Under the pieces are notes generated by a model, which did no database searches, was not told the DNA's origin, and was given only the letters and a program-made list of their open reading frames with translations. A stretch of DNA of 64,000 bases from the NCBI RefSeq assembly GCF_006345805.1, contig NC_042998.1, positions 43,462,001 through 43,526,000 of the forward strand, given 5' to 3'. The DNA comes from Octopus sinensis. Its lineage: Eukaryota. Below, piece by piece: positions 24,399 through 37,357 of the stretch (its first letter is position 1; the number at the start of each line of letters is the position of its first letter). The position numbers and the translations under genes were made by a program.

Positions 24399-25734
24399 TA
24401 TGTGTGTGTGTGTTGCCGTCTATTTATCTGTGTTTCTGCCCAACCCCATCCCCGCCAAGCCGCTCGCCGCTTCACAACCTGTTTGATATGGTTTTCTTCC
24501 CGCAATTTAGATCTCGGCAAAAGAGAGCGATGGTGTAAGGAACAGACTTAAAAGCAAGTATGAGGATCGATTCGTTCACTAAAATTCTCCAAGACAGAGA
24601 AGCTGTGTCTCACCATGCCCGTAGTGTGACTAAAATAAATAAGCAGGGTAGTCAAGCAAAAAAAACTTTAAACTGTCAAATCGAAGTATGTCCAGTAAAG
24701 ACTCTGTAGAAACTGCACCGGTTTTATAGTAGGGTTGCAATTGCAGCGGTTACTAATTGGTGCAGTTGAAACAGGTACTGGTCTACGAAAAGTTGTATAT
24801 AAATTAAGAGAATTAAAAGTAATGCTATGCAACTTCGTAATAATTCTTATATTATTAATATTGTTGATGTGTGTGTGTGTGTGTGTAATCGAAACATTTG
24901 GAGTCAACAGCAAGGAGTACGATTGGACATTTATTTTTTGATCACTACAATTGTTTCCATGCAACGTAGTTCTCCAAGCGTGCAGGTACTTGATTATGTA
25001 ATTGTTTCCCTGCATTATGAGATCTAGTTGTGCTTCCTCGGGCAATGTGTAAATATTGTCTCCATAAGTTCACATTCTCTGCGTCAAGAACATCGTCTCT
25101 GTCTGTCGAGGCCTGTTCATAGTAGTAGTCCCTGAACGTGTCCGGGCGTGAACACGTATATGGATGTATATGTGAACGACCATATTTATGCGCGTATAGG
25201 CCGATTCGTAATGCTCAGTTAAGGACAATCGCATATGTAACCAGCCATGAAGAACAACCCAACAGTACAAAGAAATCAAATGCTAATCCCTTTAAAACGG
25301 CAACCACTTTAACTGTAGCAGAATCACCATCCCACTACATTTACACATTCAAAGCAGTTTGTCAACGGTCCTAAACTCAGTGGCTACTACTAAATTCAGG
25401 CCACGATAGACAAAGAGGATGTTCTTGAAGCAGATAATATGAACTTATGGTAACAGTAGGTGCATGTCGCCGGAGGAAAGACAACTAGATCGCATTATGC
25501 AAGGAAACAGTTGTACAATCAAGTACATACATGCATGGACACAACTGTAGTGATTAAAAAGTAAATGTCTAACCGTACTTCTTGTTGACTCCAATTTCTT
25601 TCAATTATCTATTCACTGACAACAGATGTCTAAACGCAAACCTGGAAGTATGTACGATACCATGACTGGATAGTGCAGGGTAAAATCTGAAGGTGGCCGA
25701 GCTTTATACTATACTACGTTCTTAACGTGCCAGC

Positions 25735-25895
25735 GTGGCTATGTGTTAAGAGACCTGCTTCCCAACCATATAGTTCCGGATTCAGTCTCACTGCGCAGCA
25801 CCTTGGGCAAGTGTCTTCTACTATAGCCTCGAGCCGACCAAAGCCTTGTGAGTGAATTTTGGTAAACGGAAGCTGAAGGAAGCACGTCGTGTATA
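25735..25895 (+). mobile_element. SINE family A 5' half
   Basis: tRNA-like head through GAAGCACGTCGTG, then TA tract. Confidence 0.8.
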
Positions 25896-25912
25896 TATAT
25901 ATATATATATAT

Positions 25913-27410
25913 TATGGCTGCCCCCTCGTTATCGAGTATGGCCATTACACGAAGCTTAACTGTTACTGGTGCTGTGATCGAATGTGACTTTTTAGCCCAG
26001 CTAGAGATCTACAATGTCTTGTACAAAATTGGCAACTAAGACCTTTACTAGTAGCCAGCTGTAGTTGTAGCTGGGCTTCATGTACCTTTGCATGTCGTTT
26101 AAGTCCTCCTGCCGAATTACACTCTCTTCCACATGCCCGACCGATATGATTAGTATGGTGTGTTACACCACCACCAGTGGCCAGGTTGTCACTCATCTGA
26201 CTTGTTTTATGACTACGAAGATGATTCATGAGCCCAGCTTTACTGAGGCAGGGTCTTGCACAGACATTGCATGTCAGAATCAAAGGAAGACCCTTCCCTT
26301 CTGGAAGTGTAACAGCGATGCCCTTCCTGACATCCCTCCTTACTTTCTCATGTGCAACTCAAGATTTCTCAAACGTGGCTGTCCCCTCATGCACAATCCT
26401 TCTCCACCTGCTACGATCAATAGCTATGTCTTCCCATGTGTCAGGAGAGATGCAAGCATCTCATAAGGAAGCCTTCAGCAAGTCCTTATACCTCTTTTTT
26501 GGTTTATGTGGAGGTCGTTCTCCTTTAGCTAACTCTCCATAAAAGAGTTGTTTTGGCATCCTTGAATCCTCCATTCTGACCAGATGACCACTCCATCTGA
26601 GCCTTTGCTTTAACACGAGAGCTTCTATACATACACACCGAGAGCCTTCGAGTATTTCAAGATCCTTGATGCGGTCCTTCCACTTAATGCTATAGATCCG
26701 TCTGAGGCACATCTGATGGAAACGTTCCAGATGTTTAAGGTGGTATCGATATGTGACCCACGTCTTGCAGGCATAGAGAAGAGAAGGGAGCACACATGCC
26801 TTGTACACCTTTATCTTTGTCTTTTTGCATATGTCTCGCCGACTCCAGAGGCGCTTTTCTAGCCTTCAGAAAGCAACACTTGCTTTCCTAATTCTATATG
26901 GAACTTCATCATCCACATTGCCATATCTATTAATAGTGCTTCCCAGGTAGACAAACTGATCGACTACATCAAGTCGTTTACCATTCACATAGATATTTGG
27001 TACACTATACTGCTCTGTTAATGCATGACAACAGTTTTCTTGAGATTGACTGTCAATCCTAAGGCAGTGCAAGCATCAGAGAATGCATTCAAAATGTGTT
27101 GCATATCAATCTCTGTGTGTGCTACTAGCTCGCAATCATCAACATACAAAAGGTATCTTATGATAGAGGTAAATATCTTTGTTTTTGCAGCAAGGCGCCT
27201 GATATTAAATATGCTGCCAGAAGTTAGATAATGGACGTAAACACCGTATCTGCAGTTTCTGAATGCAATACAGAACACCATCGTAAAATATATAGAAAAT
27301 AAGGTCGGTGCCAGAATATCCCCCTGTTTCACTCCATTTTGTATTGAAATGTGCTCCGACATCTTCCCTCTAACATTCACCCTACCATTCATGTCTTCGT
27401 GAAAAGACAC
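25913..27410 (-). mobile_element. RTE-clade LINE, 5'-truncated, with triple C2H2 tail
   Basis: NGVKQGDILAPTLF, LLYVDDCEL, FVYLGSTI, LLYACKTW, RLRWSGHLVRM, GERPPHKPKKRYKD; zinc-finger ORF 25963-26283; 3' hairpin plus TA tail. Confidence 0.9.
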
Positions 27411-27417
27411 CCAAGTG

Positions 27418-27522
<105 letters not shown>

Positions 27523-27571
27523 TATATATATACACTTGGGTGTCCTGAAAAGTTCCTTGCCTTGGTTAGGT

Positions 27572-27605
<34 letters not shown>

Positions 27606-27770
27606 CATACATATATACACATATTAGAAATATTGAATTTCTAAGGACACAGGAATTGTGTCAAAGCCAACAGGAAGCGTCGATGCTTCTTAGGGCTATA
27701 TAGCGATGGTGTAATTCCCTTTACGGGACTGCCACGTTATGTTGACATTATACAACCACTCTATATATAC

Positions 27771-27801
<31 letters not shown>

Positions 27802-27924
27802 TGTATGTATGTATGTATGTATGTATGTATGTATGTATGTATTTATGTATGTATATGTATATGTGTGTGTATGTATGTATATATATATGTGTGTGTATGT
27901 ATGCATGTATATGTTTGATTCAGG

Positions 27925-29025
27925 TCACTTATGAGGCTCTCATAAGTGCTACTGGTAACATGGAATCCAGTACAACCTGGTGCATAGTAGGATTGTCGGT
28001 GACTAAACCGGCATTCCCACCAGGCTACTCTGGTGAGGAAGATTGCTAGAAACCCAGCAGGATTAAAAACAAGATTAGTTGAAAGGTCGGATGAACCGAG
28101 TGCAGGCTCAGCGGTTATCTACCAATAGTACGGGTACGCAGAAATTCCGGGATGGTGTCCGGCGTGCTGGAAGAATACAGGGAGTAAGGCAACCCCTCAG
28201 CTTCTGTTGAAGCATGTCTATAGGAGAAGGTTACTCTGATATAAAACTAGATATGCAGTGAATGGCATTGCCGTTTTGGTGATCTTTGAGTTGTGCTAGA
28301 GATCATGGCGCTCCCACATCCCTGAGCCTGCGACACATATTGGCACCAGACATCTTGCTCTGGCTTGTCTGTGGATAATGTCAATAAAGTGGAGAGGGTC
28401 TATGAGGTGCCATGCAAGCCTTATTGGACATAAAACTCTGCACAGGCATTGCTGACCTCTGCTCAATATTTGCTGCTTTTTCCCCATATATATTTATTTC
28501 ATTTTCAGTATATATATATGTATTTTCATTTTTAGTATATATTTATTTTATTTTTATTCGGAAGTTCTGTTACGATGTGAAGGTGGTGAAGCATGCAGAC
28601 CTGCCGGGTTGGAAGCATGTAGTCAGCGACCTGCACGTAGGCGGCCCATGCTAGATATAAAGTCATCTGCTTGTCGCCCAAGACAGCGGTAGGATTCGAT
28701 TGCTGCATGGGTGGCTGAGTAGCTCCATTTGAAGAGGGCACTGCTCATCCGAAGGCCGAAGAGGTTCTAGAAAAGGTTAACCAAAAATTGCCTGTCTTTC
28801 TATATCTGGTCAATTTAGCGCGACTGGTGGATGTCCACTCTGCGCTCGACAAAGAAAGAGATTTTTATTTACAAAATCTGGATGGAACTTGAACATGTCA
28901 TATCGGAATGTGCGCACTCTGGTGGATAACAAGAGTGATTGTGGGCCTGAAAGACGCACTGCACTTGTTGCCCGCGAGCTGAACCGCTATAACATCGATA
29001 TAGCAGCACTTTCAGAGACTCACGT
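27925..29025 (+). mobile_element. RTE LINE 5' UTR and endonuclease N-terminus
   Basis: NVRTLVDNKSDCGPERRTALVARELNRYNIDIAALSET at 28889-29020, typical RTE ORF start. Confidence 0.8.
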
Positions 29026-29434
29026 TGTAGCTGGAACAAGGAAGACGTGTTCTTGTTTGTCTCCTATCCAAGCTTGATTTATGCGATCGTTACTACAACC
29101 TCATTTAGGCTTAGCAGCTCTTTCTGTTTGTTTTCAATGTCCTGTTTGTGTTACCAATTTTGACCCTCCGCAAAATTCCAAATATTATTTAATTTGCATT
29201 GCAGGAGTAACTGTTTTATCGAAAGTGTATATTGCTGTTAAATGCTCGAAATACGAGGCTAGAAAACAGCCAACAACTGATGAAGGGTGGTTCGTTATGA
29301 TTTTTGTTTTGTTTTCCATTTGTGTCTTTCGTTATTCGAAAGAATAGTTCATGCTCCATGTATTCGTGCTTCGTATTTTTTTTTGTTGTACACGTTTCGT
29401 GACGTCCTATGCCCACATATGCATACTCTTTTAC

Positions 29435-29640
29435 TCTTTCACTTGTTTCAGTCATTTGATTGTGCTCATGCTGGAGCACCGCCTTTAGTCGAGCAAATCG
29501 ACCCCAGGACTTATTCTTTGTAAGCCTAGTACTTATTCTATCGGTTTCTTTTACCGAACTGCTAAGTTACGGGGACGTAAACACACCAGCATCGGTTGTG
29601 AAGCGATGTTGGGGGGACAAACACAGACACACTAACACAG

Positions 29641-29675
<35 letters not shown>

Positions 29676-29697
29676 CACATATATATATATATGTATA

Positions 29698-29736
<39 letters not shown>

Positions 29737-30072
29737 TATTAGAGACAAAACCACTATTTTGCAAAACAAACAAGGAAAGACTTAATCAATACATAAAATT
29801 TTAATAAATAGTCAAAAAAACCGCCACTACAATCGTTTCTTGTCTTGATCGACAATCTTCAGGTGGACTTCCAATAAGTCAGTTTCAAATTATATATATA
29901 TACACATATATACGACGTTCTTCTTTCAGTTTCTGTCTACCAAATCCACTCAAAAGGCTTTGGTCGGCTCACGGCTATAGTAGAAGACACTTGCCCAAGG
30001 TGCCACGCAGTAGGACTGAGCCCGGAACCATGTGGTTGGTAAGCAAGCTACTTACCACACAGCCTCTCCTAA
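29435..30072 (-). mobile_element. SINE family A interrupted by a TA-flanked HHR module
   Basis: SINE tail 29435-29640 and head 29910-30072 are separated by an unrelated module at ~29710-29890. Confidence 0.85.
29824..29866 (-). ncRNA. Minimal type-I hammerhead ribozyme, canonical core
   Basis: ccac-CTGAAGA-ttgtc(gatcaa)gacaa-GAAA-C(gatt)G-TA-gtgg: all core nucleotides and three stems present. Confidence 0.75.
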
Positions 30073-30190
30073 TATATATATATATATTTATTAATGAGGG
30101 TGAAAAATTGATATTAATTTAATAATACCATTAATTTAACACCGAGTGGCTTAGCACAAAAAACTACGGAGAAAATCCAAATTTATACAT

Positions 30191-30736
30191 AAATTATTAG
30201 AGTTAACCACTATGTGGATAACTCTAGTGCTAAAAATAGCCCCGATAGTATAGCCACAGAAAAAGATGTTTCCAACTAGAGGTAACATACATTTAACGGA
30301 AGGAAAGTGAAATATAACGAATAAATAGATTGACCCTGAACAAGTTGTTTCATTACTAATGTATAAATCACATCTATAAATCATCAGCAGAAGTTTGTCT
30401 TAAATACAATTAATTAGACCGACACGAGCGTCAAAAACTCGAGCGGTTTAACGGATTGCATTTTTAGTTAAACCGCTGGAGTTTTTGACGCTCGTGTCGG
30501 TCTAAGTAATTGTATTTAAGACAAACTTCTGCTGATGATTTATAGATGTGTATGTAAGTAAAATTACATATTACACATATTACATTAGTAATGAAACAAT
30601 TTGTTCAGGGTCAATCTTTTTATTCGTTATATTTCACTTTCCTTCCGTTAAATGTATGTTACTTCTAGTTGGAAACATCTTTTTCTGTGACTATACTATC
30701 GGGGCTATTTTTAGCACTAGAGTTAACTCTCTAATA

Positions 30737-30740
<4 letters not shown>
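30191..30740. repeat. ~550-bp palindrome with an HHR-like motif in each arm
   Basis: Arms pair from ACTCTAGTGCTAAAAATAGC (30221) to GCGGTTTAAC (30452), mirror to 30725; centre ~30460; CTGATGA...GAAA at 30529-30608 (+) and 30336-30390 (-). Confidence 0.85.
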
Positions 30741-30775
<35 letters not shown>

Positions 30776-31239
30776 CTCAAATAATATCAAAGGTACAAAA
30801 ACGACGTACTTCGAGGGAAATCATAGGTATGGCTTAATTCAAAGGCAGAGTGATCCAGCGTAGGGAAATCCAAGAATTAGGTACTCAAAATCATCGACGG
30901 AAGGAGGTAGAACATATAATATGAGCGTTCGATAATAGGCAAATCTAAAATCTAAAATAAAAAAACCAAAACAACAAAAGCACATTCACAGTGAATGTAC
31001 TAGGATGGAAAAAAAGAGAGGAGTATGTGACGCTTCGAGCATAGTTTTAAATAAGAGGACAGAGCAAATATCCGTTGAGAACGACAAAAAAAGCACATGC
31101 ATTGTTACATGGTTTGCTACGTCTAAAGCACATTTGACAGACATAGAGGAAGTGAAAATGGCCAGTGTGTGTGTGTGTGTGCTTGTGTGTGTGCGTGTAT
31201 CCGTGTGTGCGTATGCATATTTGTGTATGCGTGTGTGAG

Positions 31240-31281
<42 letters not shown>

Positions 31282-31454
31282 TATGTGTTTATGTTTGGGT
31301 GAGTGACGTAAGCGTAAGGGAGTGGTTCTGATACGTCAGTATCATTAGTTAGATTCTGTGGTACGACTTGAGGTGACACGTGTGTCAGTGAGATGGTGTT
31401 GCTGTGTGTTTGTGCGTATGTGTTTGTGTGTGTGTACGTGTGAGGGTATATGAG

Positions 31455-32058
31455 TGCGGCGAGCTGGCAGAAACGTTAGCACGCCGGGCGAAATGCTTAG
31501 CGGTATTTCGTCTGCCGTTACGTTCAAATTCCGCCGAGGTCGACTTTGCCTTTCATCCTTTCGGGGTCGATAAATTAAGTACCAGTTACGTACTGGGGTC
31601 GATGTAATCGACTTAATACCTATGTCTGTCCTTGTTTGTCCCCTCTGTGTTTAGCCCCTTGTGGGTAATAAAGAAATAGAAATAGGTATTTCGTCTGCGT
31701 TACGTTGTGAGTTCAAATTCCGCCGAGGTCAACTTTGCCTTTCATCCTTTCGGGGTCGATAAATTAAGTACCAGTTACGCACTGGGGTCGATGTAATCGA
31801 CTTAATACCTATGTCTGTCCTTGTTTGTCCCCTCTGTGTTTAGCCCCTGTGGTAAGGTAAAGAAATAGAAATAGGTATTTCGTCTGCGTTACGTTGTGAG
31901 TTCAAATTCCGCCGAGGTCGACTTTGCCTTTCATCCTTTCGGGGTCGATAAATTAAGTACCAGTTACGCACTGGGGTCGATGTAATCGACTTAATACCTA
32001 TGTCTGTCCTTGTTTGTTCCCTCTGTGTTTAGCCCCTTGTGGGTAATAAAGAAATAGG
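31455..32058 (+). mobile_element. SINE family B head-to-tail trimer
   Basis: One full copy and two 5'-clipped copies at ~190-bp spacing, joined at GAAATAG(AAATAG)GTATTTCGTC. Confidence 0.9.
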
Positions 32059-32449
32059 TATATGAATGCGTTGTACGGGTATGTGTGTGTACATGTTTGT
32101 GTATGTGTGCTTGCGTATGTGGGTGTGGGTGTGGCTGGGGGATTGAGAGGCGATGTGACGAGTGTGCGTGTTGATGTTGCCGTGTGTGTACGTATGAGTG
32201 TCTATGAAGGCGTGTGTACTGGTGTGTGTGTGTGTATGTGTGTTTGCGTGTGGTGTATGTTTGAGAGGCGAGGGAACAAGCGTGTGTGTGCGTTGATGTT
32301 GCTGTGTGTGTACTCGTTTGTTTCTGTACGTATGAGTGTGTGTGAGTGAGTGTGTACGGGTGTGCGTGTATATGTGCGCGCATGTATGTTACGTGTGCGC
32401 GTGCGCGTGTGTATGTCTGTGCAGACATACGCACACATAAAGATGGACA

Positions 32450-32935
32450 GCTGCAACGAAGTCTACGAACCCCGTGGTTCTGGAGAAAAGAGGCTTTCTG
32501 ATTACATCCGCACGCCTTATGCTCAATTCAGAAAACTATGTGAAGCTGTTGGAGGGAGCTGCGTCTTGAAGGCCATATGTGTAACAGCAACATTCAGCTC
32601 CATGGCACATCGCCAGGAAGAGCCAGGTGGTTGTTGGGCCTAATTTCTGAATCCCCATCCCCGTGTTTAAAGCACATTTGACAGGCACCTACTGCTCTGC
32701 CTTCCACACCAAGGCAAAACTGATGGCCAACATCGAGGAGGTTTTCGAAGATATTCCCAGGGACACAACGAGGAACGAACGCACCAGGTTCCCAAGCAGC
32801 AATAAGACCGAGGTGCAAGTTGAGGGCAGCTATTTTGAGCAAACTGTTATCTCCCAAGCATATTCTAGTACATATTTTTGGAGGTTTTAGAATAATACAT
32901 ATTTTATGTGAACTGTCAAATTTAGGAACACTTAT
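32450..32935 (+). mobile_element. Tc1/mariner transposase C-terminal remnant and 3' end
   Basis: GPNF(W)..P; SAFHTKAKLMANIEEVFEDIPRDTTRNERTRF.S....VQVEGSYFE matches the end of these transposases. Confidence 0.65.
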
Positions 32936-33153
32936 ATTATATATATTCAGGAAATCTACGCTTCCAGCTTAGTTTTTCTAATGCTCGTTCTTAGTTTTTC
33001 TTGAGGGCTGGCCGTGATCTAGTAATCTCAAGATTAATCAGCCGAATTACTACGACGATCCGGTCTTGACTGAAGACTGAGGGTTTCGAGTTTATTGTGT
33101 CGTCTTCTAAGAGTTATACGTTCTTGTCCATGTGTATTTTTCTACATACCTTA

Positions 33154-33213
<60 letters not shown>

Positions 33214-33314
33214 CATATTATATATACCCACATAATTGAATTGTTCAGTATTATCACAACTGAGTGTGTGAACGATCACGATAGTATGCACACACAAATG
33301 CAGACACACACACA

Positions 33315-33363
<49 letters not shown>

Positions 33364-33742
33364 ACGGTAATTATTTCTACGCCAGCTGCTATGTTGTTGT
33401 TGTTTTGTCTCATTTGGTCTAAAGTCGTATGACAACCACCGTTATATATATTTTGTTTATTCATTACTGTTTTCAATTTCGTTTTCGTCTCTTGTATTTA
33501 CATCCGTCTTGTGCGTTCACATTCCTGTCTTCTACCAAGAAATCTAATGCTTACAGCTTAGTTTTTTTCTTGGGGCTGGCCGAGTTGGAGCAAATATCAG
33601 AATTGAACAGCCGAAATTTGCTATGATGATTCGGTGTCTGACTGAAGATTGAAGGCTTCGAATGATTTGTCTGTGTTCCGTGTTCGTCCCTTCCTGTATT
33701 TCACGTTCATTATATATAAAAACATTCATTCTTATATATATA

Positions 33743-33805
<63 letters not shown>

Positions 33806-33929
33806 CATATAATTAAGATTTAGTTGAATTAGGTACTTAGGTTGAGACACCAAGTCAGTCCGGTATTACCCGCACACCTCGAAGTAAGGTGAATAAAAGA
33901 AAATAACTAACAAGGATGTCAAGGTATTA

Positions 33930-34019
33930 TTGCATTACGGCTGTTTCAAGTGGTTCCTTTTAATCGAACAATGCAAGCATTACATCAATTTAGAAAAACA
34001 CTGCCATCTTCGGATGCAA
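33930..34019 (-). ncRNA. HHR-like motif with long stem II (family of 44834 and 48607)
   Basis: ttgcat-CCGAAGA-[~60 nt]-GAAA-CAGCCG-TA-atgcaa; U4 changed to C. Confidence 0.5.
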
Positions 34020-34399
34020 AAATATAGGTTTTCAACAAACAGGATACTCCATTATAAGTTTTAGCAAATATTTCATCAGAACTACAGAATGAAAATATTC
34101 CATGCTGCTACTATTGTAGCAGAATAAACTTACGGAGAAATAGATACCACAACTACAATTTTGAAGTAGCAGAAGAGGATCGCAGCGGGGATCAAGAGAT
34201 GCTAATTTAGCTACAACTTTTATCTATCACATTTATCACCATCAAAAGATATGATACATATCCGTCTACTAAGAATTAAAACCACTAGGAGTTGATAGTT
34301 AAGCTCTAGCTGCTGATCATGAATTAAATATTGTCAGATATTCCCCCAAACGTTAATTCTCTATACAGTCCTATATTTAAGAGATGAGGAATTATGTAG

Positions 34400-34545
34400 A
34401 TTATTTACATTATTTACATTTGACAGATATTTGTCCTCATTTTTGTGGTGTTAATACAACGTTTCGGCTGATATATCCTCCAGCTTCCATCAGGTGTCTT
34501 AGGGATATTTAGAACCTGGGTTCTCATTCCTAAGGTATTTTTCAA

Positions 34546-34548
<3 letters not shown>
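34400..34548 (-). repeat. PLE pLTR-like module with degenerate HHR (34454-34497)
   Basis: acac-CTGATGG-a-agctg...cagcc-GAAA-CG-TT-gtat; reverse-complement match to 36660-36825. Confidence 0.7.
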
Positions 34549-34600
<52 letters not shown>

Positions 34601-34601
34601 T
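34549..34601. repeat. (TTA)n microsatellite at the Dong 3' junction
   Basis: Direct reading. Confidence 0.95.
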
Positions 34602-36545
34602 ACTAGTTTTATTTTCATATCGTGTTTTTACTTCCCTACCGAGCACAGCTCTGTGTGCCTTGGGTATGTGCTGTGATTTGTTGTGATGCTCTTATGGTTA
34701 CTGTATTGAAAGTGTTTTGCGTAGGATGTGTGCAGTGCCCAGTAGTGTAATTTTCTGTATGTTATATATATTTGTAATTCCAGGTGTTTTTTGTTATGTA
34801 TTTGTCTGAATATTTTTTTTATCATACCTAATGCGCCTACTATGATAGGAATTGTTTCTGTTTTTAGATTCCACATTCGAGTTACCTCTATTTCCAGATC
34901 TTTGTATTTTGAAAGTTTCTCCATTTCTTTTAGAGAAACGTTGTCATCTGCTGATATTGATACATCAATTAGAAAGCATTTTTTCTTCACGATTTCTGAC
35001 AACTATATCTGGCCTATTGACCTTAATTTCTCAATCTGTGTGTATTGGCATATCCCAAAGTATGGTTGCTTTCTCGCTTGCTGTGACCTTTTCTGGCGTG
35101 TGCCTATACCATCTTTCTTCTGTTGTTATTCCATAGTGTTGGCATAGCTTCCAGTGTATGTAGGTCCCATCTCTGTCGTGTCTGTGAGTATATTCCTTAT
35201 TAGCCAGGACTGGGCAGCCAGAGATAACATGATTTATTGTTTCTTATCCATCTCCACATATTCTGCAGTTACTTGTTATATTTCATTTCATTATATATTT
35301 TTGGTAATTTCTGGTGGGGAGGCTTTGGTCTTGTGCTGCAATTAAAAATCCTTCCGTCACTGCTTTGAGTCCTGAGCTTCTCAACCATTGCCGGGATTTT
35401 TCTCTGGCTATTTTTTTACATTTAGTTTAGTCCAGTATTTGCCATGAAGGGGCTTTTCTTGCCATTGTTTTATCAATGTCCGTTGCTGTTCTAGATTTAG
35501 TTTGGTTTTCAGTTGTTTTATAGCTTTTTTGATTTCTTGCTTGTATTTGTCAGCTTCCTTAAATACTGAGAGCAGTTTTTTATTTTGCTCGTGTTTTGCG
35601 GCTATTTGTATCGGTTTTCCTTGCTTCTGAAGTAGGTATTTTTGCAGCTCTATGGTAGTTATTTTATAATAGTTTTCCAGCTGTATAAGGCCTCTACCAC
35701 CTTCTATACGTTGTATATATAGCCTTTCTATGTCAGATTTTGGGTGGTGCATCCTAGATCCTGTCATTATTTTAATTTTTTCCCGTCTATTTTGGTTAGT
35801 TCATTTAGTGTCCAGTTAAGGATATTGTAGCTGTAACTTATAACTGGGACGGCTAAAGTGTTATTACCTATTATCTTGTTTTTAGCATTGATCTCTGTTT
35901 TCAGTATTGATCTAACTCGTCTATAGTATTATTTCTTTATTTTCTTTATGTGTGTTGTATCATATCTAGTTCATGGATTCCTAAATGTTTGTATGTTTGG
36001 CTTTGGTCTAAATCTCTTATTTCATTGACTTTATCTAGTGTGATGTTTCTACTCCTAGTTTTCCTCTTTTCAGGTTTTCTTTGGCGCATTTTTCTCAGCC
36101 AAATTTCATATCTATTTCTTTGGTAAATCCATATACTGTCTATAGTAGTGATTCCAGCTGTTTATCACTTGTAGCGTATAGTTTTAGGTCATCCATATAT
36201 AAAGGGTAGCTAATTGTTTTGCCGTAACATTTGCATCTGCATCCAGTTCTATTTAGCATATCAGATAGAGATGTCAGTGCCAAGTAGAAAAGTGGAGAGA
36301 GTGGAGAGAGCATGCCTCCCTGGAATATTCCTCTTCTAATGGGGATGGCTTTGGTTTTCACAGGTCCCTCTTTTGTTTGGAGCTGTAGCACAGTCTGACA
36401 TTTATTCATAGAGTGTCTTATGTATTTCATAATTATTGGTGCTACCTTGTTAATGGCTAGTGTTTCGAGGATCCAGGTGTGGAGTATACTATAAAAATTG
36501 TTTCGGTAGTCGATTCAGGCCATACTGAGACCTTTCTTCTTTCTC
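34602..36545 (-). mobile_element. R4/Dong-type RLE non-LTR retrotransposon, 5'-truncated
   Basis: RRGIFQGGMLSP, YMDDLKLYA, SRMHHPKSDIERLYIQRIEGGRGL, HVISGCPVLA..EY.HRHD, NRPDIV, FLIDVSI...KLSKYKDL, IIVGALG. Confidence 0.9.
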
Positions 36546-36591
36546 CCGCAAAACAAATTGAATATATATGTTATTAATATTATTATTCAGG

Positions 36592-36656
36592 TACTGCTTG
36601 GAATCGAACTTGGAATCTTGGGGTTAATAGCTCGCACTCTTAACCACTACGCCATA
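36592..36656 (-). other. tRNA-like SINE head
   Basis: TGGCGTAGTGGTTAAG (A box) and AAGTTCGATTCC (B box) on the minus strand. Confidence 0.55.
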
Positions 36657-36659
36657 TTG

Positions 36660-36825
36660 TTAATAATTAATAACATCGAAAAATACTTAAGGAATGAGAA
36701 CTCAGGTCCGAAATTTCCCCAAGACACCTGATGTAGGTTAGAGGGTATATAAATCGAAACGTTGTGTTAACAACAAACAAGATGAGGAAAAATATCCGTT
36801 AAATGTAAATAATGTAAATAATGCT
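36660..36825 (+). repeat. PLE pLTR-like module with degenerate HHR (36724-36767)
   Basis: acac-CTGATGT-a-...-GAAA-CG-TT-gtgt; inverted partner of 34400-34548. Confidence 0.7.
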
Positions 36826-37092
36826 AATTCCCTATGGCTATAAATTCCCTTGACCACATAAAGAAACAAATCGCAGAAGTAATTTAGATAGTGGTAAATG
36901 ACCAGAAAAAGGTAGGGTAGGTGCGACATAAACGTTTTTTCTTATTATTATCATATATATCATATAGATATATATATGTATATGAAGAGGGAGAGAGAGA
37001 GGGGGGAGATTTATTGATTCGATTTAAAATTCTTAAAATATCGACTATATTTTCTTTAAAGCAGTACCCCAGCGGGTAAAAGATCATATATA

Positions 37093-37143
<51 letters not shown>

Positions 37144-37357
37144 AACTTAGAGAAGAAGAAGAAACAAAACGAAAACAAACGAATCGAATCGAATAGACGC
37201 GAAGGCGCTCAGTCATACAATAGTGTAATAAATAAAATATATGCATACATACAAACATATATGTACGTACCTACATCTACATGTATATATACATGCATAT
37301 ATAAATATATATACGTGTGTACAGGGCACCACAAATAGATGTAGAACTCAACGAGAA

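Noticed and set aside
27945-28040. Canonical twister or HDV ribozyme call
   Set aside because: Conserved UAA/L4/T1 (twister) and L3/P1.1 (HDV) elements could not all be placed; kept only as an unassigned structured motif.
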